A program made the translations under genes and the position numbers. This document shows positions 56,716 to 64,000 of a DNA stretch of 64,000 bases, piece by piece. Under the pieces are notes generated by a model, which saw only the letters and a program-made list of their open reading frames with translations, was not told where the DNA came from and did not search any database. Numbering within the stretch: the first letter of the stretch is position 1; every line of letters starts with the position of its first letter. This stretch comes from Thermoplasmata archaeon (lineage in GTDB: Archaea; Thermoplasmatota; Thermoplasmata; Lutacidiplasmatales; UBA184). Location of the stretch: the NCBI GenBank assembly GCA_035532555.1, contig DATKQS010000024.1, positions 11,225-75,224 of the forward strand, read 5' to 3'.

Positions 56716-57111
56716 CTACTCGACCGGGATCGAGCTCACGTCCTGGACCAGCTGACGTGCCGCCCGGGTGAACCGCAGAAGCTTCGCCATGTTCCCCCGC
56801 ACCTTGAGAGTGCCTCCCATGATGGCCTGCACCGGGTCGATCTGGCGGCCGAGCACCCGCTGCCAGTTCTCCGCCGACGCTTCGAACACGAACTCGCTCT
56901 CCGTGCTCCGAGAGTCCGCGACGAACTGGGCTCCGCGGCACTGACCGTTCGCGAGATCGAGGTGGATCCCGGGCGCGGGCGCATCGACCGCACCACCGGT
57001 CACCCGCAGGAGAATGTCACCCTCCCAGCCGCGTGCCGCGTCGGCGTACTCGGTGTCTCGGTTCACCACCGCGCGAAGAGCGTTGGCCCACGGCTGAGAA
57101 GGAAACTTCAT
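56716..57111 (-). CDS. SCP2 sterol/lipid-binding domain protein
   Basis: 'FPS..WA', 'DPVQAIMGG.LKV.G'. Confidence 0.85.
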   Translation of the reverse strand: MKFPSQPWANALRAVVNRDTEYADAARGWEGDILLRVTGGAVDAPAPGIHLDLANGQCRGAQFVADSRSTESEFVFEASAENWQRVLGRQIDPVQAIMGGTLKVRGNMAKLLRFTRAARQLVQDVSSIPVE

Positions 57112-57144
57112 GGTCCACCGATGCGCGCCGGTCGCTTAAGCGGC

Positions 57145-58107
57145 TCAGGAGTACTCGTAGAAGCCGCGCCCCGTCTTTCGACCTAGGTGCCCGGCATCGA
57201 CCAATCGACGCAGCGTCGGGGAGGGGCGGTACTTCGGGTCGCCGAATTCGCGCTGGAGCGTCTCCGACACTTCCAAGGCGACATCGAGCCCGATGAGGTC
57301 CGCGAGCTCGAAGGGTCCCATCGGAAACCCCGCCCCGGACTTCATCGCGAGGTCGACGTCCCGGGAGGAAGCCAGGCCCTCTTCGAGCACGAAGCACGCT
57401 TCGTTGAGGACCGGGAGGAGGATCCGGTTGACGACAAATGCCGGCGACTCCTTCACCCGGATCGGAACGATCGGGAATCGGTGGTTGCGCAGCCCCTGCA
57501 GGAATTCGATCGTGTCGGTCACGACGTCCTCTCGAGTATCGACGCCGCCCGCCACCTCGACCAGGGGGAGCGTGTACGGCGGGTTGAAGAAGTGAGTGAC
57601 GAGCGTCTGGGAGACGTGCTGGAGACCGCGGGCGAGCCGGGTGATCGAGAGGGAGGAGGTGTTCGAACCAATCACCGCGTGCTCGGGGAGGACCGCGTCG
57701 AGCGCTTCGAGCACCGGCCGCTTGACCTCGGTGCGCTCGAAGACCGCCTCGACCACGAAGTCCACGTCCCGGAACTCGTCGTACGTGGTGGTCCCGCGGA
57801 CGCGTGCCACCACCTCCGCTCCACGGGCCGGCGTGAACTTGGGCGCGAGCTTCGCGCGGAGCGTCGTGATCTGAGCATCCGTGAGCTGGACGCCGAGCGC
57901 TCCGATCCGTTCGATCTCCGTGTCCGCGCGCCCGGCGTTGTACGCGACGAGCTCGTCGACGTGGCCCCGCACTCGGCCGAGGCCCTTCGTCACGAGCTCA
58001 TCGCTGACGTCCTTGAGAACTACCGGAATCCCATTGAACGCGAGGACCTCGGCGATCGCCGATCCCATGGCTCCGGCTCCCACCACGCCCGCATGCGTGA
58101 CGCGCAT
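57145..58107 (-). CDS. 3-hydroxyacyl(butyryl)-CoA dehydrogenase
   Basis: 'VVGAGAMGS.IA', 'VEAVFE', 'SNTSSL', 'HFFNP', 'PMGPF.L.D.IGLD'. Confidence 0.93.
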   Translation of the reverse strand: MRVTHAGVVGAGAMGSAIAEVLAFNGIPVVLKDVSDELVTKGLGRVRGHVDELVAYNAGRADTEIERIGALGVQLTDAQITTLRAKLAPKFTPARGAEVVARVRGTTTYDEFRDVDFVVEAVFERTEVKRPVLEALDAVLPEHAVIGSNTSSLSITRLARGLQHVSQTLVTHFFNPPYTLPLVEVAGGVDTREDVVTDTIEFLQGLRNHRFPIVPIRVKESPAFVVNRILLPVLNEACFVLEEGLASSRDVDLAMKSGAGFPMGPFELADLIGLDVALEVSETLQREFGDPKYRPSPTLRRLVDAGHLGRKTGRGFYEYS

Positions 58108-58210
58108 CGACTACCCTCGACCGAAGGAGCACGGGGGCGTGAATAGGCTATCGGCGGTCGTGCCGTCGAAGCCACAGAGTTTAAGGGCGGACGCTTCTCG
58201 GTGTTATCGC

Positions 58211-58326
58211 GCGGGGATGGCCCAGCCCGGTAAGGCGCAGGATTGCTAATCCTGTGGTGATTTCACCTCGGGGGTTCAAAGGGAGGCCGGGGGAGTCCCG
58301 GCCTTCGGAAAGTCCCCCTCCCCGCG
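58211..58326 (+). tRNA. tRNA-Ser(GCT) with a 32-nt intron in the T-loop (58281-58312)
   Basis: GCGGGGA/TCCCCGC acceptor stem, CAGGA-TTGCTAA-TCCTG anticodon arm, long variable arm, GGGGG-TTCAAA[intron]T-CCCCC; TATA tttaag at 58180. Confidence 0.9.
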
Positions 58327-58337
58327 CTCCGTGATCC

Positions 58338-58655
58338 CTATCCGGGCGGCGCGGAGTTGAAACGATACACGTCGCCTTCCTTGCGAATGCCGACCGTGTC
58401 GCCGATCACCGGCAACGGACCCTCCACGATCCCGAGCAGGCGAACCGCTTCGGTGAGCTCGACCAGCGCGATCCGGTGAGGGGCGCTCCAACCTTCGGCG
58501 GGGCTCGTGAGCTCCGTGACGGCGACCACGGTTCCGAGGGGCGGGACCTCCACCGCGAGCGCCTCCCGCATGCCGCAGCGAGGGCAGGGGCCGTTGCCCG
58601 GAACGTACAGCCCCTGACACGAGACGCAGCGCCGGAGTTGGAGGGGGGGCACCAT
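58338..58655 (-). CDS. DUF35 Zn-ribbon/OB-fold protein (thiolase partner)
   Basis: CVSC...CPRCG, 'GTV...T', 'ALVEL'. Confidence 0.88.
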   Translation of the reverse strand: MVPPLQLRRCVSCQGLYVPGNGPCPRCGMREALAVEVPPLGTVVAVTELTSPAEGWSAPHRIALVELTEAVRLLGIVEGPLPVIGDTVGIRKEGDVYRFNSAPPG

Positions 58656-58657
58656 GG

Positions 58658-59791
58658 TCAGGACGCCTCCCGGCCGAGGATCGTCACGAAGTTGTGGGAA
58701 GCCATTCCGCCGATCGACTGGGCGAGCCCGATCCGGGGAAGGCGCGGAAGCGCTCGCGGCCCGGCCTCGCCCCGGAGCTGGCACGCCACCTCCGCGATCT
58801 CGGCGAGCCCGGAGGCGCCGATGGGGTGGCCGCGGCCGAGCACGCCCCCGGATGGATTGACGGGAAGTCGGCCGTCCGGCGCTACCCAGCCCTGCGCGAA
58901 CCAGTTCCCGGCCTCTCCCGGACCGCAGACCCCGAGATCCTCGAGGTCGATGAGCGCGAACGGCGCGAACGCATCGTGGAGTTCGATCACTTCGAGCTCC
59001 TTGCGGGTGATGCGAGCCATCTCGTACGCGCGCCTCGCCGCGACCCGCGTCGCCGCGAAGGTCGTGAGATCGACCCGGTCGATCAGCCGCATCGCGTCCA
59101 GCCCCTGTCCGAAACCGAGGACCGAGGCGGGTCCGGCGCCTTTCTCCACGACGAGCGCTACGGCCCCGTCGGAGATGGCGGGGCAGTGCAACAGACGCAG
59201 GGGTAGGGCTACGGGCCGGCTCGCGGAGACCTCGTCCGCGCGGACGGGGGTCTGGAACTGGGCGTTGGGATTCAGCGCGGCCCGGGCCCGCATGTGGACG
59301 CTGACGAGGTCGAACACCGACGGGGACACGCCGTACCGAGCACAGTAGCGCTGCGCGATGAGCGCGGCGAGCCCGGGCATGGTCGCGCCAGCGGCCACCT
59401 CACTCGGGTGAAGCGAGTTCGCCAGCGCGCGGGTCACTTCCGGCGTCGGGGGGCCGGTCATCTTCTCTGCGGCCACGACGAGCGCCCGCTCGTATCGGCC
59501 GGACTCGATCGCGAGCACCGCTGCCTGGAAGGCGGCCGCGCCGGACGCGGAGGCCGCGTCGACGCGGAAGCCGGCGGTCGACTCCATGCCGATCCGGCTC
59601 GCGAGCCGCGGGACGGTGCTCTCGAGACCATTGACCGCGCCGGTCAGCATGCTGCCGACGACGAGCAGGTCCACCGGCTTGCGTCCGAGTCCCTCGAGAG
59701 CGAGGGTCGCGGCCTCCGCCGCTAGGTCGAGCCATCCCTCGGTCCGCCGGCCGAACCGGCCGAGCCCGAGCGCGCTGACGTGGACGGTCAT
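58658..59791 (-). CDS. Archaeal thiolase family protein
   Basis: 'AASASG', 'NPNAQF', 'SDGA.A', 'ELHDAF', 'NPSGG...GHP.GASG'. Confidence 0.92.
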   Translation of the reverse strand: MTVHVSALGLGRFGRRTEGWLDLAAEAATLALEGLGRKPVDLLVVGSMLTGAVNGLESTVPRLASRIGMESTAGFRVDAASASGAAAFQAAVLAIESGRYERALVVAAEKMTGPPTPEVTRALANSLHPSEVAAGATMPGLAALIAQRYCARYGVSPSVFDLVSVHMRARAALNPNAQFQTPVRADEVSASRPVALPLRLLHCPAISDGAVALVVEKGAGPASVLGFGQGLDAMRLIDRVDLTTFAATRVAARRAYEMARITRKELEVIELHDAFAPFALIDLEDLGVCGPGEAGNWFAQGWVAPDGRLPVNPSGGVLGRGHPIGASGLAEIAEVACQLRGEAGPRALPRLPRIGLAQSIGGMASHNFVTILGREAS

Positions 59792-60342
59792 GTCGTCGTC
59801 TCCGCGCTCGGCGTCTCCGTGAGGAACCTCACCGTGGAGAGGAATCGGGAGAGCGGCATACCCTGCTCCCAGTGGATGATCGCATTGCCCTCTCGGGTGG
59901 TATCGAGCGTGGGGAGCCGGCGGCAGACCAGGTTCAGGATCCCTCGGATCGGTGCCTTCGTTCCGATGTACATCCGCCAGGGATCGGGATCGCGGTAGCC
60001 CACCCTACGGTACGCGTACAGCACCGTGAGCCCCACCCGCGCGACCGCCTTGCGGTGGCCCTCGAGCTGAACGAGTCCCCGGCCCCCCGCGGCGGTGAAG
60101 TAGATCGTATCCTCCGCGGAGGATTTGACCTCGAGCGGGAACGCGAACTCCCGGCGCAGTGCGATCAGGTCCAGCCCGAGGGAGCCGGCGGCGCGGATCA
60201 CGAGGAACGGCTCGTCGATGATCCGTTCGAACTCGGTGCGATCGCTCGGTTCGAGCCCCTTCGCGTAGGCGCGCACGGCACGGGGGTCCCCCTGGAGGAG
60301 GTCTTTGAGCTCGCGCTCGTAGGCCGATGCGTACCGACGCAC
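59788..60342 (-). CDS. Hjc-like Holliday junction resolvase (PD-(D/E)xK)
   Basis: 'YERELK', 'VIRAAGSLGLDLIA', 'EVKS'. Confidence 0.8.
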   Translation of the reverse strand: MRRYASAYERELKDLLQGDPRAVRAYAKGLEPSDRTEFERIIDEPFLVIRAAGSLGLDLIALRREFAFPLEVKSSAEDTIYFTAAGGRGLVQLEGHRKAVARVGLTVLYAYRRVGYRDPDPWRMYIGTKAPIRGILNLVCRRLPTLDTTREGNAIIHWEQGMPLSRFLSTVRFLTETPSAETTT

Positions 60343-60373
60343 GGACTCCTCAGCTCGAACGGTAGCTAATAAG

Positions 60374-61849
60374 GTGGTCTTGCACTCGTACTGCCTCGTG
60401 CCCTCCACTCCGCGCGTCGAGATCGCCGAGGCCGACCTTCCGATCGCGCGGGTGCTCGCCGCGGTCGTGCAGGATGCGGACCGTCGGCGCCGGATCCGGG
60501 GGATCGCGACCCAGGGCGCGACGTTCCGCCTCTCCGAGCTGCGCACTCGCCTATTGCGCGAGCGCGTCTTCCAGGACCCGAGCCGCCTGATCCTGCGGCT
60601 GCGGCGGCGGGGCCTCCTCATCGATCTGCCGGAGGGAAAGACGGACCGCAGCTACCACGTGGCCTACCCCGAGGAGCTCCGGGCGCTGCTGCTCGAGGAG
60701 GTCGCCCGGTCCGATACGTTCGAGCCCACGGCGCTCCAGCCCGTCCCGGACGAGCACGCCGAGATCCGATCGATGGATTCGGAGTTCCTGCAGCGTCTGC
60801 GCGAGATCCTCACGCGCCGCCTCGACGAGACGATCGAGTTCGGCGCGACGTTCGACATCGGCCGGTTGGCCGACTACCTTCGGGGGCTCTTCGGCGAGGC
60901 CCTGTACTTCGATTCGCTGATCGCGATCCTTCAACAGTACGCGCTCGCGGACGTCCCGCTCCTCGCCCCGACCGGCCGGTCCACGGGATCGACCGGCTTC
61001 CATCTCGCCCTCTTCGGGCCGCCGGGAACGGGAAAGACGTTCTCGATCGACGATATGATCCGCGGGAACCCGAAGAGCGGAGTGCCACCCCATGGGCTCC
61101 CGGGCCGCAACCGGTACTGCGGCGGGATCACGCCCGTGCAGTTCCTTCGGGTCGGCGCGGCCTACAGCGGACGAACGTTCAATTTCATCGTGCCCGAGTT
61201 CAATGACTGGTTCAAGTACCGTGGCATGGTCGAACCGCTGAAGCTCGTGATGGAGCAGCGCGAGGTGAAGTGGGAGACGACGTTTGGAACGGTCGGGCCG
61301 TACACCTTCCACTCCTTCTTCAGCGTCAACTACAACGTGCGGACGGCCGGGGCGCAGGACTACTGGACGACGATCTCGGATCCCAACTTCGCCGCGCTCG
61401 AGGACCGGATGCTGTTGCGCTTCCATCCCATGACGCGGGAGCGATTCCGCGCGGTCGAGGCGAGCGCGGAGCGGCTCGAGCTCGGTGAGCTCGACTTCTC
61501 CTTCGGGGAGCGGATCCACGACCATCTCACGCTCGTCCATGCGATCGAGACGGGCCATCCGCTCCTCGCGGGCAAGTTCCCCTCGCGATCGGTGCGTCTC
61601 GACCGCGGGCTGTACGGGAGCCTGCGCACCGTCTCCGAGGAGGCCCTGCGCACCACCGAGCATCCGAAGTTCTCCCCGCGCCTCAAGTCGCGCGCGGTGA
61701 AGCTCGCGGCGGCGGCTTCCCTCCTGACGTACTTCCACGTCCCGGGTACCGAATCCATCGGGATCGGCCCGGCCGAGGCCGAGTTCGCGCGTCGTTTCTA
61801 CGAGGACGAGATCCGCTCGCGCCAGGGCCGACAGGGATCTATCGAGTGA
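60374..61849 (+). CDS. P-loop NTPase with a divergent MCM-like AAA+ domain
   Basis: 'HLALFGPPGTGKT', 'FIVPEFNDW', 'LKLVMEQREV', 'ALEDRML'. Confidence 0.6.
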   Translation: MVLHSYCLVPSTPRVEIAEADLPIARVLAAVVQDADRRRRIRGIATQGATFRLSELRTRLLRERVFQDPSRLILRLRRRGLLIDLPEGKTDRSYHVAYPEELRALLLEEVARSDTFEPTALQPVPDEHAEIRSMDSEFLQRLREILTRRLDETIEFGATFDIGRLADYLRGLFGEALYFDSLIAILQQYALADVPLLAPTGRSTGSTGFHLALFGPPGTGKTFSIDDMIRGNPKSGVPPHGLPGRNRYCGGITPVQFLRVGAAYSGRTFNFIVPEFNDWFKYRGMVEPLKLVMEQREVKWETTFGTVGPYTFHSFFSVNYNVRTAGAQDYWTTISDPNFAALEDRMLLRFHPMTRERFRAVEASAERLELGELDFSFGERIHDHLTLVHAIETGHPLLAGKFPSRSVRLDRGLYGSLRTVSEEALRTTEHPKFSPRLKSRAVKLAAAASLLTYFHVPGTESIGIGPAEAEFARRFYEDEIRSRQGRQGSIE

Positions 61850-61894
61850 CCCGGCCCCTTCGGGGAGTCGAGGATCCGTCGCGCGCGAGGCGCC

Positions 61895-62881
61895 TTACCC
61901 GGGCGCGTTCATCACGCGGCCGGAGTGGGCATCGACGAGGAAGACCACCGTTCCGCCCTTGTGCTCGATCGTGACCTGCCAGATCGGAGCGTGGAGGAGT
62001 TCGCCTTCCGAGACCTGGACGTCCGACTGGAAGTGGCTCACCATGCGGTGGCGCTTGTGGGCCTGCTCGGATTGGAGCTGGGTCACGTAGGCCTTCGCCG
62101 CGTTCTTCGCGGCCTCTTCCGTGAGGTCCCCGTTCAGGATCGGCGCACCGTTCGGGACGCTCTTTCGATCGAAGAACGTGCGCTCCGTCAGCGCGAATGC
62201 GTAGTCCTTGGGTTGGTAGTTCGAGAGCGCGCGGACGGCGAGGACGGGGTACTCATACTCCCCGGTGATGATGTCCTGCCGCGTCGAGTTCACGCTGGGC
62301 CCCGCCATGATCGGGATGAACATGCCCCCCCCTCCCATCTGCCGGTTGACCGCGCCGCCGATCGCCGCGCTCAGCGCCATCGTCGCCACGGTCGATCCGA
62401 CGCCGACGGCGATGTCCGTGTACTGGTAGTTGGTGCTCGCCGAGACCGGCAGGATCCAGTACGGGATCATCGACAGCTTGTGATCGACGATCTTCGACTC
62501 CTCGAACTTCTTCCGGTTGAAGAACCCGGTGTCCATGAAGGCGCGGACGATCCCGAGCATCGCGTCCGGATCGATCAGCTTCGGCACGAGCATCGTGTGC
62601 TTGGAAATCTCGTTCCATCCGCTCCCCCCCAGCGAGACGGAACTCCCGCAGTAGTCGCAGGTGATCACCGTCTCCCCGAAGACCGGCTTGAGCGGGGCGC
62701 CGCACGAGGGACACTTGAACTCCTGCACGCCACCGGCGGCCGCCGGAGCGACGGTCGGGGCGGCATGGGAGGTCGAGGTAGAGGCCCCTGCGGCACTCGC
62801 GCCGCCCGGGGTCGGGGTACCGCATTTGAAGCAGAACTTCGCGTCGTCGGGGAGCTGCTGGCCGCACTTCACGCAAAACAT
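61895..62881 (-). CDS. Zinc-ribbon domain protein (YdjG-like)
   Basis: CVKC..CFKC and CPSC..CDYC ribbons, 'PYW'. Confidence 0.75.
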   Translation of the reverse strand: MFCVKCGQQLPDDAKFCFKCGTPTPGGASAAGASTSTSHAAPTVAPAAAGGVQEFKCPSCGAPLKPVFGETVITCDYCGSSVSLGGSGWNEISKHTMLVPKLIDPDAMLGIVRAFMDTGFFNRKKFEESKIVDHKLSMIPYWILPVSASTNYQYTDIAVGVGSTVATMALSAAIGGAVNRQMGGGGMFIPIMAGPSVNSTRQDIITGEYEYPVLAVRALSNYQPKDYAFALTERTFFDRKSVPNGAPILNGDLTEEAAKNAAKAYVTQLQSEQAHKRHRMVSHFQSDVQVSEGELLHAPIWQVTIEHKGGTVVFLVDAHSGRVMNAPG

Positions 62882-62921
62882 TCGTTACTCTCCGTTCGAA
62901 CCTCGGTCCGCAGACCGTCGC

Positions 62922-64000
62922 CTAGGAGCCGAGCGCAGCCCCGCAGTTCGGACAGAACTTTCCACTCCCGGCCACCACCGCCGAGCACTTGGGGCAGGTA
63001 CGGGGCGCCGGTGCGGCGAGTGACGCGCCGCAGGCCGGACAGAACTTCTGGCCGGGAGCGGTCGCCGCGCCGCACTTCGGGCACGGAGGGCCGCCGGCGG
63101 GTGCCGGAGCGGCACCGATGGCCGCCCCGCATGCCGGGCAGAATCGGGTGCCCGGCGGCACCAGTGCCCCGCACTTCGGGCAGGGAGAGGAGGGACCGCC
63201 GCCATACATCCCGCTCATCTGGCCGGACATACCGTAGCCGATCCCCATTCCCGCGCCGAGACCGACGCCGGCGCCGGCGAGCGAACCCGCCGTTCCCGAG
63301 GTGTTGGACGCGGCCTCCGTCATCGCTTGGCCCGCCTGGTACTGCATGTAGTTGACGCCGAGAACGCCCATTTGGGATCGCGTGTTGACGGCCTTCTGCA
63401 CTTCATCGGGCAGGTTGACCGAAAGGCCCTGGAGCTGGTTCATCTCGACCCCGAGCGGGCCGAAGTGATCCGGGGCGGCTCCGAGCACCGCCTGTTCGAT
63501 CGTCGTCAGCTGGACGGCGAGGTCGGTGACGCGCACGCCCTGCTCCTTGAGCTTCCCGAGGGTGTTGTAGACGAGGATGACCATCTGGTCCCGCAGCCGG
63601 GTCTCGACATCGTCGCTCGACGCGGCCCCGAACGTTCCCACGAACTGGTTGATGAACACGTCCGCCGCGCTCACGCGCCAGCGGAAGCTGCCGAACACGC
63701 GCAGGCTGACGAGGCCGAAGTCCGGGTCGCGGAAGATGTACGGCTCCGAGCTGCCGAACTTGCCATCGAAGATGCGCTTCTGCAGGTAGTAGACCTCGGC
63801 CTCCTGTTGGACGCCCGAGAGCGCCTTGACGAGCCCGCCGACCACCGGCGCGTTCAGGCTCGTGAGGGCGTATCGGTCGGGACGGTCGATGTAGGAGAGG
63901 ACCTTTCCGTCGCGGTAGAACACCGCCATCTCGTCCTCTCGGACGACGATGTTGTCGTTGAGGCGGATGTTGCGCGGAACGCGCCACATCACGTTGGGGC
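62922..64000 (-). CDS. SPFH/band-7 domain protein with C-terminal double zinc ribbons (5' end off the window)
   Basis: 'IVVREDE.AVF.RDG', 'FRDPDFG...LR.FG', three CPKC..FCP.CG repeats. Confidence 0.85.
   Translation of the reverse strand, partial: PNVMWRVPRNIRLNDNIVVREDEMAVFYRDGKVLSYIDRPDRYALTSLNAPVVGGLVKALSGVQQEAEVYYLQKRIFDGKFGSSEPYIFRDPDFGLVSLRVFGSFRWRVSAADVFINQFVGTFGAASSDDVETRLRDQMVILVYNTLGKLKEQGVRVTDLAVQLTTIEQAVLGAAPDHFGPLGVEMNQLQGLSVNLPDEVQKAVNTRSQMGVLGVNYMQYQAGQAMTEAASNTSGTAGSLAGAGVGLGAGMGIGYGMSGQMSGMYGGGPSSPCPKCGALVPPGTRFCPACGAAIGAAPAPAGGPPCPKCGAATAPGQKFCPACGASLAAPAPRTCPKCSAVVAGSGKFCPNCGAALGS

Overview
High-GC archaeal DNA. The evidence is ABCE1/Rli, MptA-type GTP cyclohydrolase, RFC large subunit, an Hjc-like resolvase, an archaeal thiolase with DUF35, CCA-less tRNAs, and TATA boxes about 25-30 bp before starts. 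Thermoplasmatota is my inference. Positions ~29.2-64 kb are ordinary core genes, including tRNA-Thr(TGT) and a tRNA-Ser(GCT) with a non-canonical T-loop intron. Positions 1-29.2 kb are accessory. The last 30 bp of ABCE1 (GEYYYEPLS*) recur as direct repeats at 29221, 15682 and 2310, with short inverted repeats and conserved left (82 bp) and right (195 bp) arms. These define a tandem array of integrase-less cargo cassettes. Cassette A (~13.5 kb) is a hemerythrin/DUF2249/NnrS-like/Fe-S module with a shared CCGAA-N4-TTCGG palindrome. Cassette B (~13.4 kb) is a surface glycosylation module. Cassette C is partial and carries a toxin-antitoxin locus. The layout resembles staphylococcal cassette chromosomes at rlmH but sits at an archaeal translation-factor gene, and it is the best candidate for an undescribed system. 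All protein calls come from motif recognition by eye; no database searches were run.
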